Source: Patescibacteria group bacterium
GTDB taxonomy: Bacteria; Patescibacteriota; WWE3; UBA101185; UBA10185
Direction: 5' to 3'
Length of the DNA: 64,000 bases
Assembly (NCBI GenBank): GCA_042571515.1
Contig: JBHPHX010000001.1
Coordinates: 9,508-73,507, forward strand
Below, piece after piece: positions 1 through 7,561 of this stretch; position 1 is the first letter of the stretch, and each line of letters opens with the position of its first letter. The notes under the pieces were generated by a model. It was not told the origin of the DNA, did not search any database, and was given only the letters and a program-made list of their open reading frames with translations. Made by a program: the position numbers and the translations under genes.

Positions 1-106
1 TTAATCCCCATTACCGGAACCACTACCGCTAGGGCGATTATTGAGAAAATCAATATCATCCATACCGACATAAATCTGCCGCCCCTTACATTGGAAGGTG
101 GTACAT
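1..106 (-). CDS. Tiny hydrophobic peptide (~35 aa, MTFNVPPSNVRGGRFMSVWMILIFSIIALAVVVPVMGI); stop sits at the window edge
   Basis: Hand translation of the minus strand. Single TM-like segment. Third ORF downstream of two MSD-start small genes. Confidence 0.2.
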
Positions 107-118
107 TAAAAGTCATTT

Positions 119-401
119 CTAACCTACCTCATCCCAGCCTGTCAATTTCGGAGGTTTGTCTCCTACTTCCCTCTGGTCTATCAGTTCTGGAAGTTCTCCC
201 CCAGCGCTCCATGCACCTACCCCTTCTTTATTGGTGGTAACTCCAACCACTCTAAAATATCCCACACCACAGAGCTCACACCCCTCTTCACATATATCGA
301 GATCTCCAATCGTTGGCATAGGTTCGTCTTCGCGAAGAGTCCTAAAGGACTGACGTACCAAAAGTACAGTGTATTTTCCAGCCTCGTTGTTCGCATCACT
401 C
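119..401 (-). CDS. Hypothetical protein (~94 aa; the track ORF 119..424 starts at an upstream TTG)
   Basis: ORF track. A perfect SD (AAGGAGG) lies 7 nt upstream of the ATG (MSDANNEAG...). Contains a CEEGCELC motif; no family recognised. Confidence 0.45.
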
Positions 402-430
402 ATCACAGCCTCCTTATTCATCAACTACCT

Positions 431-595
431 TTATCCAAACACCCAGTTTTGGGCTTCGCTTTCCTTTATGAGTCCAGCCTCTTCAAGATCCTCTCCACAA
501 ATAAGACATTTTCCAGGGCGAAGTGACTTACCAGAGGGGGTGTTCTTGTGTTCCTTGCATACATATTTTTGAACCATTTCCTCACTATCACTCAT
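431..595 (-). CDS. Small zinc-ribbon-like protein (54 aa, CKEH...CLIC)
   Basis: Hand translation: MSDSEEMVQKYVCKEHKNTPSGKSLRPGKCLICGEDLEEAGLIKESEAQNWVFG. A GAGGAGG SD precedes it. Below the 60-aa cutoff of the track. Confidence 0.4.
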   Translation of the reverse strand: MSDSEEMVQKYVCKEHKNTPSGKSLRPGKCLICGEDLEEAGLIKESEAQNWVFG

Positions 596-723
596 TTTTC
601 CTCCTCAAAAACTATTTCTCTTTAATTTCTCAGTAAATTCCAGTACATATTAACACATTTCGCGAAGCGAAATGGTAGCGTAGCGTTTTATTTCGAAGGT
701 GGGGAAGGGGTAGAAAAGAAAAA

Positions 724-761
724 ACTGAGGCGTTTGTCTGTAGTTTCTAGACCTAGCCTCA
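724..761 (-). terminator. Rho-independent terminator (CTGAGGC...GCCTCAG stem followed by TTTTTTCTTTTC on the minus strand)
   Basis: Inverted repeat 724-730/755-761 with a T-run on the minus strand, downstream of the recombinase/small-peptide operon. Confidence 0.5.
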
Positions 762-786
762 GTTCCTGGAAATTGAAACAAACTGT

Positions 787-939
787 TCACTTCTCGGGTG
801 GGGCGTTGAAGTCAACAACAAGAATATCTCTGTTGTCTTCCAAGATCAGCCTTCTTAAGCACTGATAGATTCCTGGAAATACATAAATAACCCCTGCAGC
901 GATGAGTAAAAATATAAATGGCCAAACTGTCCTAGGCAT
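787..939 (-). CDS. Small membrane peptide (50 aa)
   Basis: Hand translation MPRTVWPFIFLLIAAGVIYVFPGIYQCLRRLILEDNRDILVVDFNAPPEK. SD AAAGGAGG lies 5 nt upstream. Confidence 0.35.
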   Translation of the reverse strand: MPRTVWPFIFLLIAAGVIYVFPGIYQCLRRLILEDNRDILVVDFNAPPEK

Positions 940-960
940 CACAACCTCCTTTTTCCTATA

Positions 961-1095
961 ATTCTAATGGTTGGCAGATTTTAAACACCGTGCGCCTGTA
1001 ATTACCCAATCCCTGAGCACGTTAAGAATCACAACTCCCAAACCAATAATATTCCAAAATATCAAGCCGCAAATTTCCATAGCTTTGTTATTCAT
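961..1095 (-). CDS. Small membrane peptide (~44 aa)
   Basis: Hand translation MNNKAMEICGLIFWNIIGLGVVILNVLRDWVITGARCLKSANH, preceded by a GGAGGTGAGG SD. Confidence 0.35.
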
Positions 1096-1150
1096 ACCTC
1101 ACCTCCAAAATCAATCTAAGTTGAATAAAGTCTAATTAATATTACCACGT

Positions 1151-2152
1151 TTAGAGTAGGGAAGAGACAGAATCGGGATCTTCTTCTATTTCAATAGGGG
1201 AGGTGCCACCCTCCACATCCTTGTGAAACTTCTTGTGTGTGTCTTTCAGCTGTTTGTTTGTCACATGGGTATATATCTGTGTAGTAGAAACATTTGAATG
1301 TCCAAGAAGTTCCTGTACAGATCTCAAATCGGCACCCTCTTTCAGTAAACCAGTTGCAAAACTATGACGAAGTGTGTGAGGTGTAGCATCAATAGAAATA
1401 CCAGCCCGTATTGTATATTTTTTAACTAAGCGCTGAACACTTCGAACAGTTAAACGTAAAGTTTCTCCTTCATAATCTTCGGGATCCATTTTCTTTCCCG
1501 AATATCTAATGAACAGTGGCTTGAACGGGTCGCTTCGAGTCTCTACGTACCTTGTTAGCCACTCTTTAGCACTCGAACTCAAATAAACTGTCCTTACTTT
1601 TCGCCCTTTTCCTATGACTGTAAACTCGCCAGATTTCAGGTTAACATCGTCAATATTTAAGGCGACAAGCTCTGAAACTCGCAGCCCGGTGCTAAACAAG
1701 GTTTCCAAAATGGCCCTGTCGCGCACCCCAGAGCGCTTATTAAGATCCTGAACCTGAAATAGTCGCTTGAGTTGCTCCTCATTTAGTACCTTTGGTAGTC
1801 GATCCTCAGACTTACCTAAAATAATCTGCTCGGGAGGGATAACCTCAATACCTTCCTCCACAATTAAATATTTAAAAAAGGCACGGATTGCCACTAGAAA
1901 TGTCTTCTGGGTGGATCTTTTGAATTCCTTATTTGACTTGGAACTTATTCGGCGATTCAGATTCACTCGATACTTTTTTATCAAATCCTGATTTAGATCA
2001 CTTATAGAAATTTCATCCTTAGACAGGTATGACTTCATCCATTCCACAAAATCCATTAGATAAAAGTGGTACATTTTTATGGTGTTCTGAGACAGATTTT
2101 TGTCTATCTCACAGAACTCCAGATATTTTGTGATATATTCATCAATTTTCAC
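1151..2152 (-). CDS. Tyrosine site-specific recombinase, XerC/XerD (phage-integrase) family
   Basis: C-terminal catalytic motifs: RHSFATGLLKEGADLRSVQELLGHSNVSTTQIYTHV (R..HxxR..Y). N-terminal SAM-like core-binding domain. Confidence 0.85.
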   Translation of the reverse strand: MKIDEYITKYLEFCEIDKNLSQNTIKMYHFYLMDFVEWMKSYLSKDEISISDLNQDLIKKYRVNLNRRISSKSNKEFKRSTQKTFLVAIRAFFKYLIVEEGIEVIPPEQIILGKSEDRLPKVLNEEQLKRLFQVQDLNKRSGVRDRAILETLFSTGLRVSELVALNIDDVNLKSGEFTVIGKGRKVRTVYLSSSAKEWLTRYVETRSDPFKPLFIRYSGKKMDPEDYEGETLRLTVRSVQRLVKKYTIRAGISIDATPHTLRHSFATGLLKEGADLRSVQELLGHSNVSTTQIYTHVTNKQLKDTHKKFHKDVEGGTSPIEIEEDPDSVSSLL

Positions 2153-2427
2153 ACAAAGATTCCTTAAAATTGATTCTAGGCGTTTTCGTTGTACCTAAAG
2201 CAAATAATAGGCCTAAATACACCTGAACCTAATCTAATTATATCAAATTGCGACGTTGTGCGGGGATAGGATCCGAAATGTGTGGGATATGCAAAATAAA
2301 TAGAGTGGGGAATCGGGGGCTCTAAAAAATTATTAATAAATAATTAGAAATAATGTCCGAATTTATGAAGACTCTATTTCAATTGTAAAACCCCCGGCGG
2401 GGAAGTTGACAAAGTGCGTGAGGCATC

Positions 2428-2455
2428 ACGTCGTATAATGTATGTTTAACGACCT
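2428..2455. other. dif-like recombination site: 11-bp imperfect inverted arms around a 6-bp spacer (ACGTCGTATAA-TGTATG-TTTAACGACCT)
   Basis: Resembles E. coli dif (GGTGCGCATAA-TGTATA-TTATGTTAAAT). Lies ~280 bp upstream of the Xer-family gene. A perfect TATAAT box overlaps it. Confidence 0.45.
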
Positions 2456-2899
2456 TATGAGTGGGATTTAACTGCTGTTATAAAAAAGACATACATATTC
2501 AGACCAGATAGGGTGTGGGGTAAATTTGACAAAAGAATTAAATAAGAATTATTAAATTTATTCCCTAAAAATAAATTATATTAAATTATATTTCGGAACA
2601 TTTAATTTTGATTTTTGAATTTAATTTTATTTAATTTCACTCCTTGCCCGGGTTGTCCACACTACTCCTCCCCCCGAACGCGTGACACTTCTACAGAGCC
2701 TGTGACTATAAGGTCTCCAAGTAAATGAGTACAAAATAAGCAATAATCATTTGGGTTTTGTTCGAGAATTATGACAAACGTCCCCATGACAAACTATGAC
2801 AGGGGTTCGTCGAGGTCTAGCACTGTACCCTATAGGATGATAATAAACCCAAACGCAGATTATGGTATTACTCCCCCACCCTTCTACGTCGCACCTGTT

Positions 2900-3694
2900 T
2901 TATGCTTTAAAGAAAACCAAAAGTAGAAGAAAAAATAGGACAATTAATATGTTTTCCGTGACAAGTTTCTTATTTAATTTATTTTTTATGTGTCCGTCCA
3001 CCACCGCTATACTAAACATTAGCACTGATGATATGAACAGCGCTCTTAGAAAGGATTCTGTAGGTATAAATGAAACCGCCAGGTTAGTAGAGTAAATGGT
3101 AAAGAAGGAAAACCCAAGAAGGGTGGTAAGCTCCCCCACTCCACAGTTTTTAACATCGGAGTCATGTTTTGAATTCCAGAAAACATACATTATAAAAAAC
3201 ACAGATATTATCCCGGCGAACAAACCTTGAATAAAAGTATTTAATGGTAATTTAAAAATCCCAGACAAAAGTGGAATCGCCACCGTAATGAGGATTATCT
3301 TACTCCAGGTCTGGGCAACTCTGTACAGAGGTATTGTTTCCCCTCTATCCTCCACCACCAAGAAGATGTTATTTGTCAAAGCAATGATATAAAAGGCAAC
3401 AGCTGAAGCAACTATACCCGCCCACTTGAACACCAGTGTGAAGTTTGGAAAGAATTGTAAAAAGAAATACATTCCCAAAAGCATAGAGAAGGGAAGGGTT
3501 GTCAGGGGTACAATATTTTTAAAGCTCACATTTTCCAAATGGATAATTATACTTGCACTTACACTCAAAACCAAAAACAGAAAACAACCTAAAATGTAAC
3601 TTTCTGGCAAATAAAGAGATGTTAGATAACCAGTTAAGGCGAGAAGGGCGCCTTGTAGACCAAATATTTGTTTTTTTGATAGTTTAAATTTCAT
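2900..3694 (-). CDS. Polytopic membrane protein, hypothetical
   Basis: ORF track. Multiple hydrophobic helices. Stop overlaps the ruvC start. Confidence 0.5.
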   Translation of the reverse strand: MKFKLSKKQIFGLQGALLALTGYLTSLYLPESYILGCFLFLVLSVSASIIIHLENVSFKNIVPLTTLPFSMLLGMYFFLQFFPNFTLVFKWAGIVASAVAFYIIALTNNIFLVVEDRGETIPLYRVAQTWSKIILITVAIPLLSGIFKLPLNTFIQGLFAGIISVFFIMYVFWNSKHDSDVKNCGVGELTTLLGFSFFTIYSTNLAVSFIPTESFLRALFISSVLMFSIAVVDGHIKNKLNKKLVTENILIVLFFLLLLVFFKA

Positions 3695-4167
3695 TCGTTT
3701 ATTAAGTAGTGATGGTGCAAAGCCATTGCTATACCATCATTTGCATCATCGGGCTTTATTGGCATGCTCAAGCCCAAAATTTCTTTAACCGCCTCCTGCA
3801 TTTCCTTTTTTGATGCTCTGCCGTAGCCCGCCAAAGACTTTTTAACCTGAAGTGCTGTATATTCTACTACTTCAGTGTCATTATGGGCAGCTACTAGCAT
3901 AGACACTCCCCTAGCCTGACCAACGGTCATCGCAGTCTTAGCATTAGTGTTAAAAAACAATTTCTCAATTACAAAAATATCCGGAGAGTGTTCTTTGGCA
4001 ACATCATTTATTCCAGTATACAAAACTTGCAGGCGTTTGGGCATCACAAGGTCTGGCTTGGTTTTTACAACTCCATGGTCTCTTAGTATGGGAGTTTCTT
4101 TTGGTTTTATCTTTATAACCCCCCAACCCATGCTGGCTGTGCCAGGGTCAATTCCCAGAATTATCAT
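3691..4167 (-). CDS. ruvC: Crossover junction endodeoxyribonuclease RuvC
   Basis: [19 protein letters not shown]-terminus is typical of RuvC. The track ORF extends to 4206; the likely start is the Met of MIILGID. Confidence 0.85.
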   Translation of the reverse strand: MIILGIDPGTASMGWGVIKIKPKETPILRDHGVVKTKPDLVMPKRLQVLYTGINDVAKEHSPDIFVIEKLFFNTNAKTAMTVGQARGVSMLVAAHNDTEVVEYTALQVKKSLAGYGRASKKEMQEAVKEILGLSMPIKPDDANDGIAMALHHHYLINE

Positions 4168-4690
4168 AGTTGTGGTAAACCTCTTGGACATCGTCATGAT
4201 CCTCAAGCGTATCCAAAAGCCTTTCTACTCTGGTTTCTTCAGAGGAACTTACTAGTGTAAAAAAGGTGGGTTCATACGTTTTAGGGTCAAAAATATAGGA
4301 AGTACTGCCCTGCGTGCTCAGATTACCTCCATTTTTGTCTAATATATTACGAAGTTCGGACACAGTTCTGTTTTTATTATCTGTTAAGCAATAAATCATT
4401 AGGGCACCTCCACCGGGGCCATAGCCCTCATAAGTAACTTCTTCAAATGATTGGTCTCCTAATTCGCCCGTACCTTTCTTTATTGCCTTTGAAATGTTGT
4501 CTTTTGGCATGTTCGTTTCTTTTGCTTTTTGAATTGCAAGTCTGAGGTTGGGATTGGCGTCTGGGTCTCCCCCACCCTGTTTTGCGGCAATGGTAATTAG
4601 ACGACTGATTTTGGAAAATATTTTGCTTTTTTTGGCGTCAGTGGCTTCTTTTTTGCGTTTTATATTGTGCCACTTGGAATGTCCCGACAT
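4148..4690 (-). CDS. yebC: YebC/PmpR-family probable transcriptional regulator (short, 180-aa form)
   Basis: [50 protein letters not shown] is the family signature N-terminus. ruvC-yebC is a conserved gene pair. Confidence 0.85.
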   Translation of the reverse strand: MSGHSKWHNIKRKKEATDAKKSKIFSKISRLITIAAKQGGGDPDANPNLRLAIQKAKETNMPKDNISKAIKKGTGELGDQSFEEVTYEGYGPGGGALMIYCLTDNKNRTVSELRNILDKNGGNLSTQGSTSYIFDPKTYEPTFFTLVSSSEETRVERLLDTLEDHDDVQEVYHNYDNSGN

Positions 4691-4734
4691 ACACCAAGTA
4701 TACTACCTTAATTTAGAAGAATCTAAATTGTAGA

Positions 4735-5457
4735 CTAGGATATTTCTCCAAACTCCTCTTCAATCTCTTTATAGTTAGGGATATTTTTATATAGCCCTTC
4801 AAAATTGATTTTAGATTTTGATGGCGTCATATATTTGTTAATAACTGCCTTTGGAGGAAGACTGATTTCTAAAAAGGCACAAATATCTTTAATGGTGGAA
4901 ATATTTTCCTTCTCGGTTTTTGAAAATAGACTCTCGTAGAATAGATTTATGTAATCTCCCTTTCTATTTTCTTTGAGAAACGTGCCATACGTCCTGTTCA
5001 AACTCTTCCCATAATCTACCATTTCTCTAATTCTCGTCATATCGATGGGTTTTAAATTCTCATAAATTTTTGAGCTGCTTTTCCCTGTTTCTTCTTTCTG
5101 CCACACTGTTGTTTGCTCTGCAACCAACACCGAAACTGCCCCCTGGATATAACCTTTTCTTGCCAGATTTATAATTTTCAAATCATCTCTTTTTAGCATA
5201 TGGAAATATATTTTCTTTGGGAATTGGTACTTAAGTACCTTTAGTGCTGTATGTTTGGAAAGTATCTCATCTAGGGCTTTATCCATAGTACCTTCGTCTA
5301 CGATATATTCACTGTAGTTCCGCTCGTCGGGATTCCATTCAGAATATTTTGGGTGAAAGGGTTCCAAAGCCATCTTCACATCCTTGCTTGCGGACAATGT
5401 TTTTGCTAAAGATGTGCTTCCACTTCTGGCGTTTGCAAAAATAACAAATTTTGACAT
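4735..5457 (-). CDS. Stf0-like sulfotransferase-family protein (P-loop PAPS-binding motif)
   Basis: N-terminal FVIFANARSGSTSL matches the 5'-PSB loop of Stf0/Sulfotransfer_3 enzymes. The track start at 5472 is a GTG; an ATG lies at 5457. Confidence 0.5.
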   Translation of the reverse strand: MSKFVIFANARSGSTSLAKTLSASKDVKMALEPFHPKYSEWNPDERNYSEYIVDEGTMDKALDEILSKHTALKVLKYQFPKKIYFHMLKRDDLKIINLARKGYIQGAVSVLVAEQTTVWQKEETGKSSSKIYENLKPIDMTRIREMVDYGKSLNRTYGTFLKENRKGDYINLFYESLFSKTEKENISTIKDICAFLEISLPPKAVINKYMTPSKSKINFEGLYKNIPNYKEIEEEFGEIS

Positions 5458-5485
5458 GTTGTAATTATACACAGGACAGCTCCAA

Positions 5486-5505
5486 CCCCCCCCCCCAAAA
5501 AAAAA
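5486..5505. repeat. Homopolymer tract C11 A9 (G11 T9 on the coding strand) in the 33-nt intergenic/promoter region upstream of the sulfotransferase
   Basis: Read directly. Immediately followed on the minus strand by TTGGAG...TGTGTATAAT (extended -10) and the start codon. Confidence 0.9.
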
Positions 5506-6201
5506 CTAGTTTTGAAATTTGACTCTTTCCCCCACAGTTTCATAACTGTCTTTGTTCAACCAAACCCACCCGTTGTTTCTCCACCTAGCCCTACTCAAAC
5601 CAACCATCTTTTCTGCCATTTCATACACATCGTTCATCTTTCTAACTTTCGCTACCTCTCTAATCATCAGTAGTTTTATAAACCACTCCTTAAGTTTATT
5701 TTCACCAACCTGATCTAGGCTATAAAACAAAATTGTGTCAGTAGCAAAATATTCCACATGGGCAACTGGCTCTGGAACTAATGTAGCTATTTTGTTTGAA
5801 AGAAAAACTTCAATAGCCGGTAAATCGAAGAATTTGGCCTTTCCTTTCAGAATATCATCAACATCTAGCTTATCTTCCTTATAAATAGTTTCCTTGTAGT
5901 AATTACCTGTTTTTGGGTCTCGTGGAAAAAGTATTTTAATCGGATGCTTCTGGACTTTAGATCGAGGGCCTTTGTAGGCTTTCTCAACAACAGCGATATC
6001 TATATGTGGGATTCTTTGCTGTATTTCTGGACCGTAGATTGGAACTCCAGTCAATCCAAAACCTACTTCATCAACAAGTCTAACCTCTTCCTTTTTTAGT
6101 TGCCATTCACCATATACTCTTTTATTGAAAAATTTGGCCAATAGCGGCTTTATCTCTTCTAGTTTCTTGATTTCTAACTCAACTTCACGTTTTAGTGTCA
6201 T
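5506..6201 (-). CDS. Hypothetical protein (~230 aa)
   Basis: ORF track (5506..6261). Probable start is the Met of MTLKREVELE. No family recognised. Confidence 0.5.
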   Translation of the reverse strand: MTLKREVELEIKKLEEIKPLLAKFFNKRVYGEWQLKKEEVRLVDEVGFGLTGVPIYGPEIQQRIPHIDIAVVEKAYKGPRSKVQKHPIKILFPRDPKTGNYYKETIYKEDKLDVDDILKGKAKFFDLPAIEVFLSNKIATLVPEPVAHVEYFATDTILFYSLDQVGENKLKEWFIKLLMIREVAKVRKMNDVYEMAEKMVGLSRARWRNNGWVWLNKDSYETVGERVKFQN

Positions 6202-6302
6202 GTAAGCGTAGTATACCTTATTGCTAATTCGGTTCTGACATCCTCCCCCACTCCACCACACACTTAGTTGACAAATGGCGGAATTTTGTTAATCTGTGAC
6301 GC

Positions 6303-6938
6303 ATGCGAATTAATGTTTCTGTCCTCAGTAAAAAGGCAGTTAACGCAGCACTAAAACAAAATTGGCCCGAGGCTATTGAGATCAATCAAGAAATCCTAGA
6401 TAAAAATACAGACGACAAAGATGCGAAAATCAGACTGGGGAGAGCATATATGCATACAAATAAATATGCTGCCGCAAAAAAACTTTTCAAAGAAGTCTTA
6501 AACGTCGATCCAATAAACTCCGTTGCCAAAAAAAATTATGAGCTAGCCTCCAAAAATATCAAAGTAAATGGAAACCACATAAATCCCAAATCTTTACTAA
6601 AGGAACCCGGAAAATGTATACAAGTGACTCTTCCACTTGAGTGTAAATCCAAGTTAGAATTTGCCCCAGGGGAAGATCTGCCAATGAAAGTGGGAAGTGC
6701 CACAACTTCAATTTGGAAAGAAAAATCAAAACTTATTACTATTGGAAACGACATAGCCAGAAAACTTTATAAAGCAAAACAATCCGGAAATAATTGTGAA
6801 ACCTGTTTCGTAAAATTCAATGACGAATCAAAGGAAATAACAGTGATAATAAAATGTACTCAACCTATCTTTAAAGGCGAGAAACAACACGAGAAGCCTT
6901 ATGTGAGAATTGCCGGGATGGATCCGAAGGAAGACTAA
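6303..6938 (+). CDS. TPR-like repeat protein, hypothetical
   Basis: N-terminal helical repeats (AIEINQEILDKNTDDKDAKIRLGRAYMHTNKYAAAKKLFKEVLNVDP) typical of TPR. C-terminal CETC...KC motif. Confidence 0.5.
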   Translation: MRINVSVLSKKAVNAALKQNWPEAIEINQEILDKNTDDKDAKIRLGRAYMHTNKYAAAKKLFKEVLNVDPINSVAKKNYELASKNIKVNGNHINPKSLLKEPGKCIQVTLPLECKSKLEFAPGEDLPMKVGSATTSIWKEKSKLITIGNDIARKLYKAKQSGNNCETCFVKFNDESKEITVIIKCTQPIFKGEKQHEKPYVRIAGMDPKED

Positions 6939-7561
6939 AACAAATCGTCATCTTCAATCTCTGCTTTACTTTTTCCAACACCCTTATCCTCTGAAATCTT
7001 AGGCGTGAACTTAGCGGGCGGACGCCTGTCGGGTGGTGTACGATTTATTCTTGGAGTTGTTTTTTTCTCTTCTTCTTTTCTACTCTGAGAAAACCCCTCC
7101 ACTTCATCTAGAGTTGCAAAGGGGGCACCCAAATTCTCCTCGGGAAGCAGCACAGTTGCTTGGCTATTAAGTTGTGCTTTTTGAAAATCGGCTGCTGTAT
7201 CTGAAACTCTGTATGAACCACTATCCGTAAGGGCATACCAATCTCCTTCCTTTTTGGTTAGTATCCCATCTGTTTTCTTCCTTTTCACTTTGTTTATGTG
7301 TTTAAAAAGCTTCTTACCATCTTCCTCCACTAACTTTAAAGCATCTCCGTACACTAGCTTGGATTTAGCAGCATAATTTGCCGGAATCTCGTACTCTTTC
7401 CCTTCAGCAGTAACCATATTAAACCCATCAAATGTGCCTACCACACCGTCTACATCGGAATAGTCAATTTTGGGTTTAGTGCTACCCTTGTATTTCTCCA
7501 CCTCCGCCTCAAGATCTTTAATCTTCTTTTCTAGTTGTTTAATCAGATCTTTGTCGCTCAT
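6935..7561 (-). CDS. Coiled-coil protein, hypothetical; translationally coupled to the upstream ATPase
   Basis: N-terminal heptad-like KQLEKKIKDLEAEVEKYK. The ATG overlaps the stop of 7558..10080. Confidence 0.5.
   Translation of the reverse strand: MSDKDLIKQLEKKIKDLEAEVEKYKGSTKPKIDYSDVDGVVGTFDGFNMVTAEGKEYEIPANYAAKSKLVYGDALKLVEEDGKKLFKHINKVKRKKTDGILTKKEGDWYALTDSGSYRVSDTAADFQKAQLNSQATVLLPEENLGAPFATLDEVEGFSQSRKEEEKKTTPRINRTPPDRRPPAKFTPKISEDKGVGKSKAEIEDDDLF

Noticed and set aside
2640-2860. Possible RNase P RNA or tmRNA in the non-coding region next to the recombinase (GACAACCCGGGCAAGG resembles RNase P CR-V ACAGAACCCGGCUUA)
   Set aside because: No matching CR-I (GGAAAGUCCGGGC) partner and no tRNA-like acceptor/T-arm could be found on either strand. 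The similarity is too short to support an annotation.
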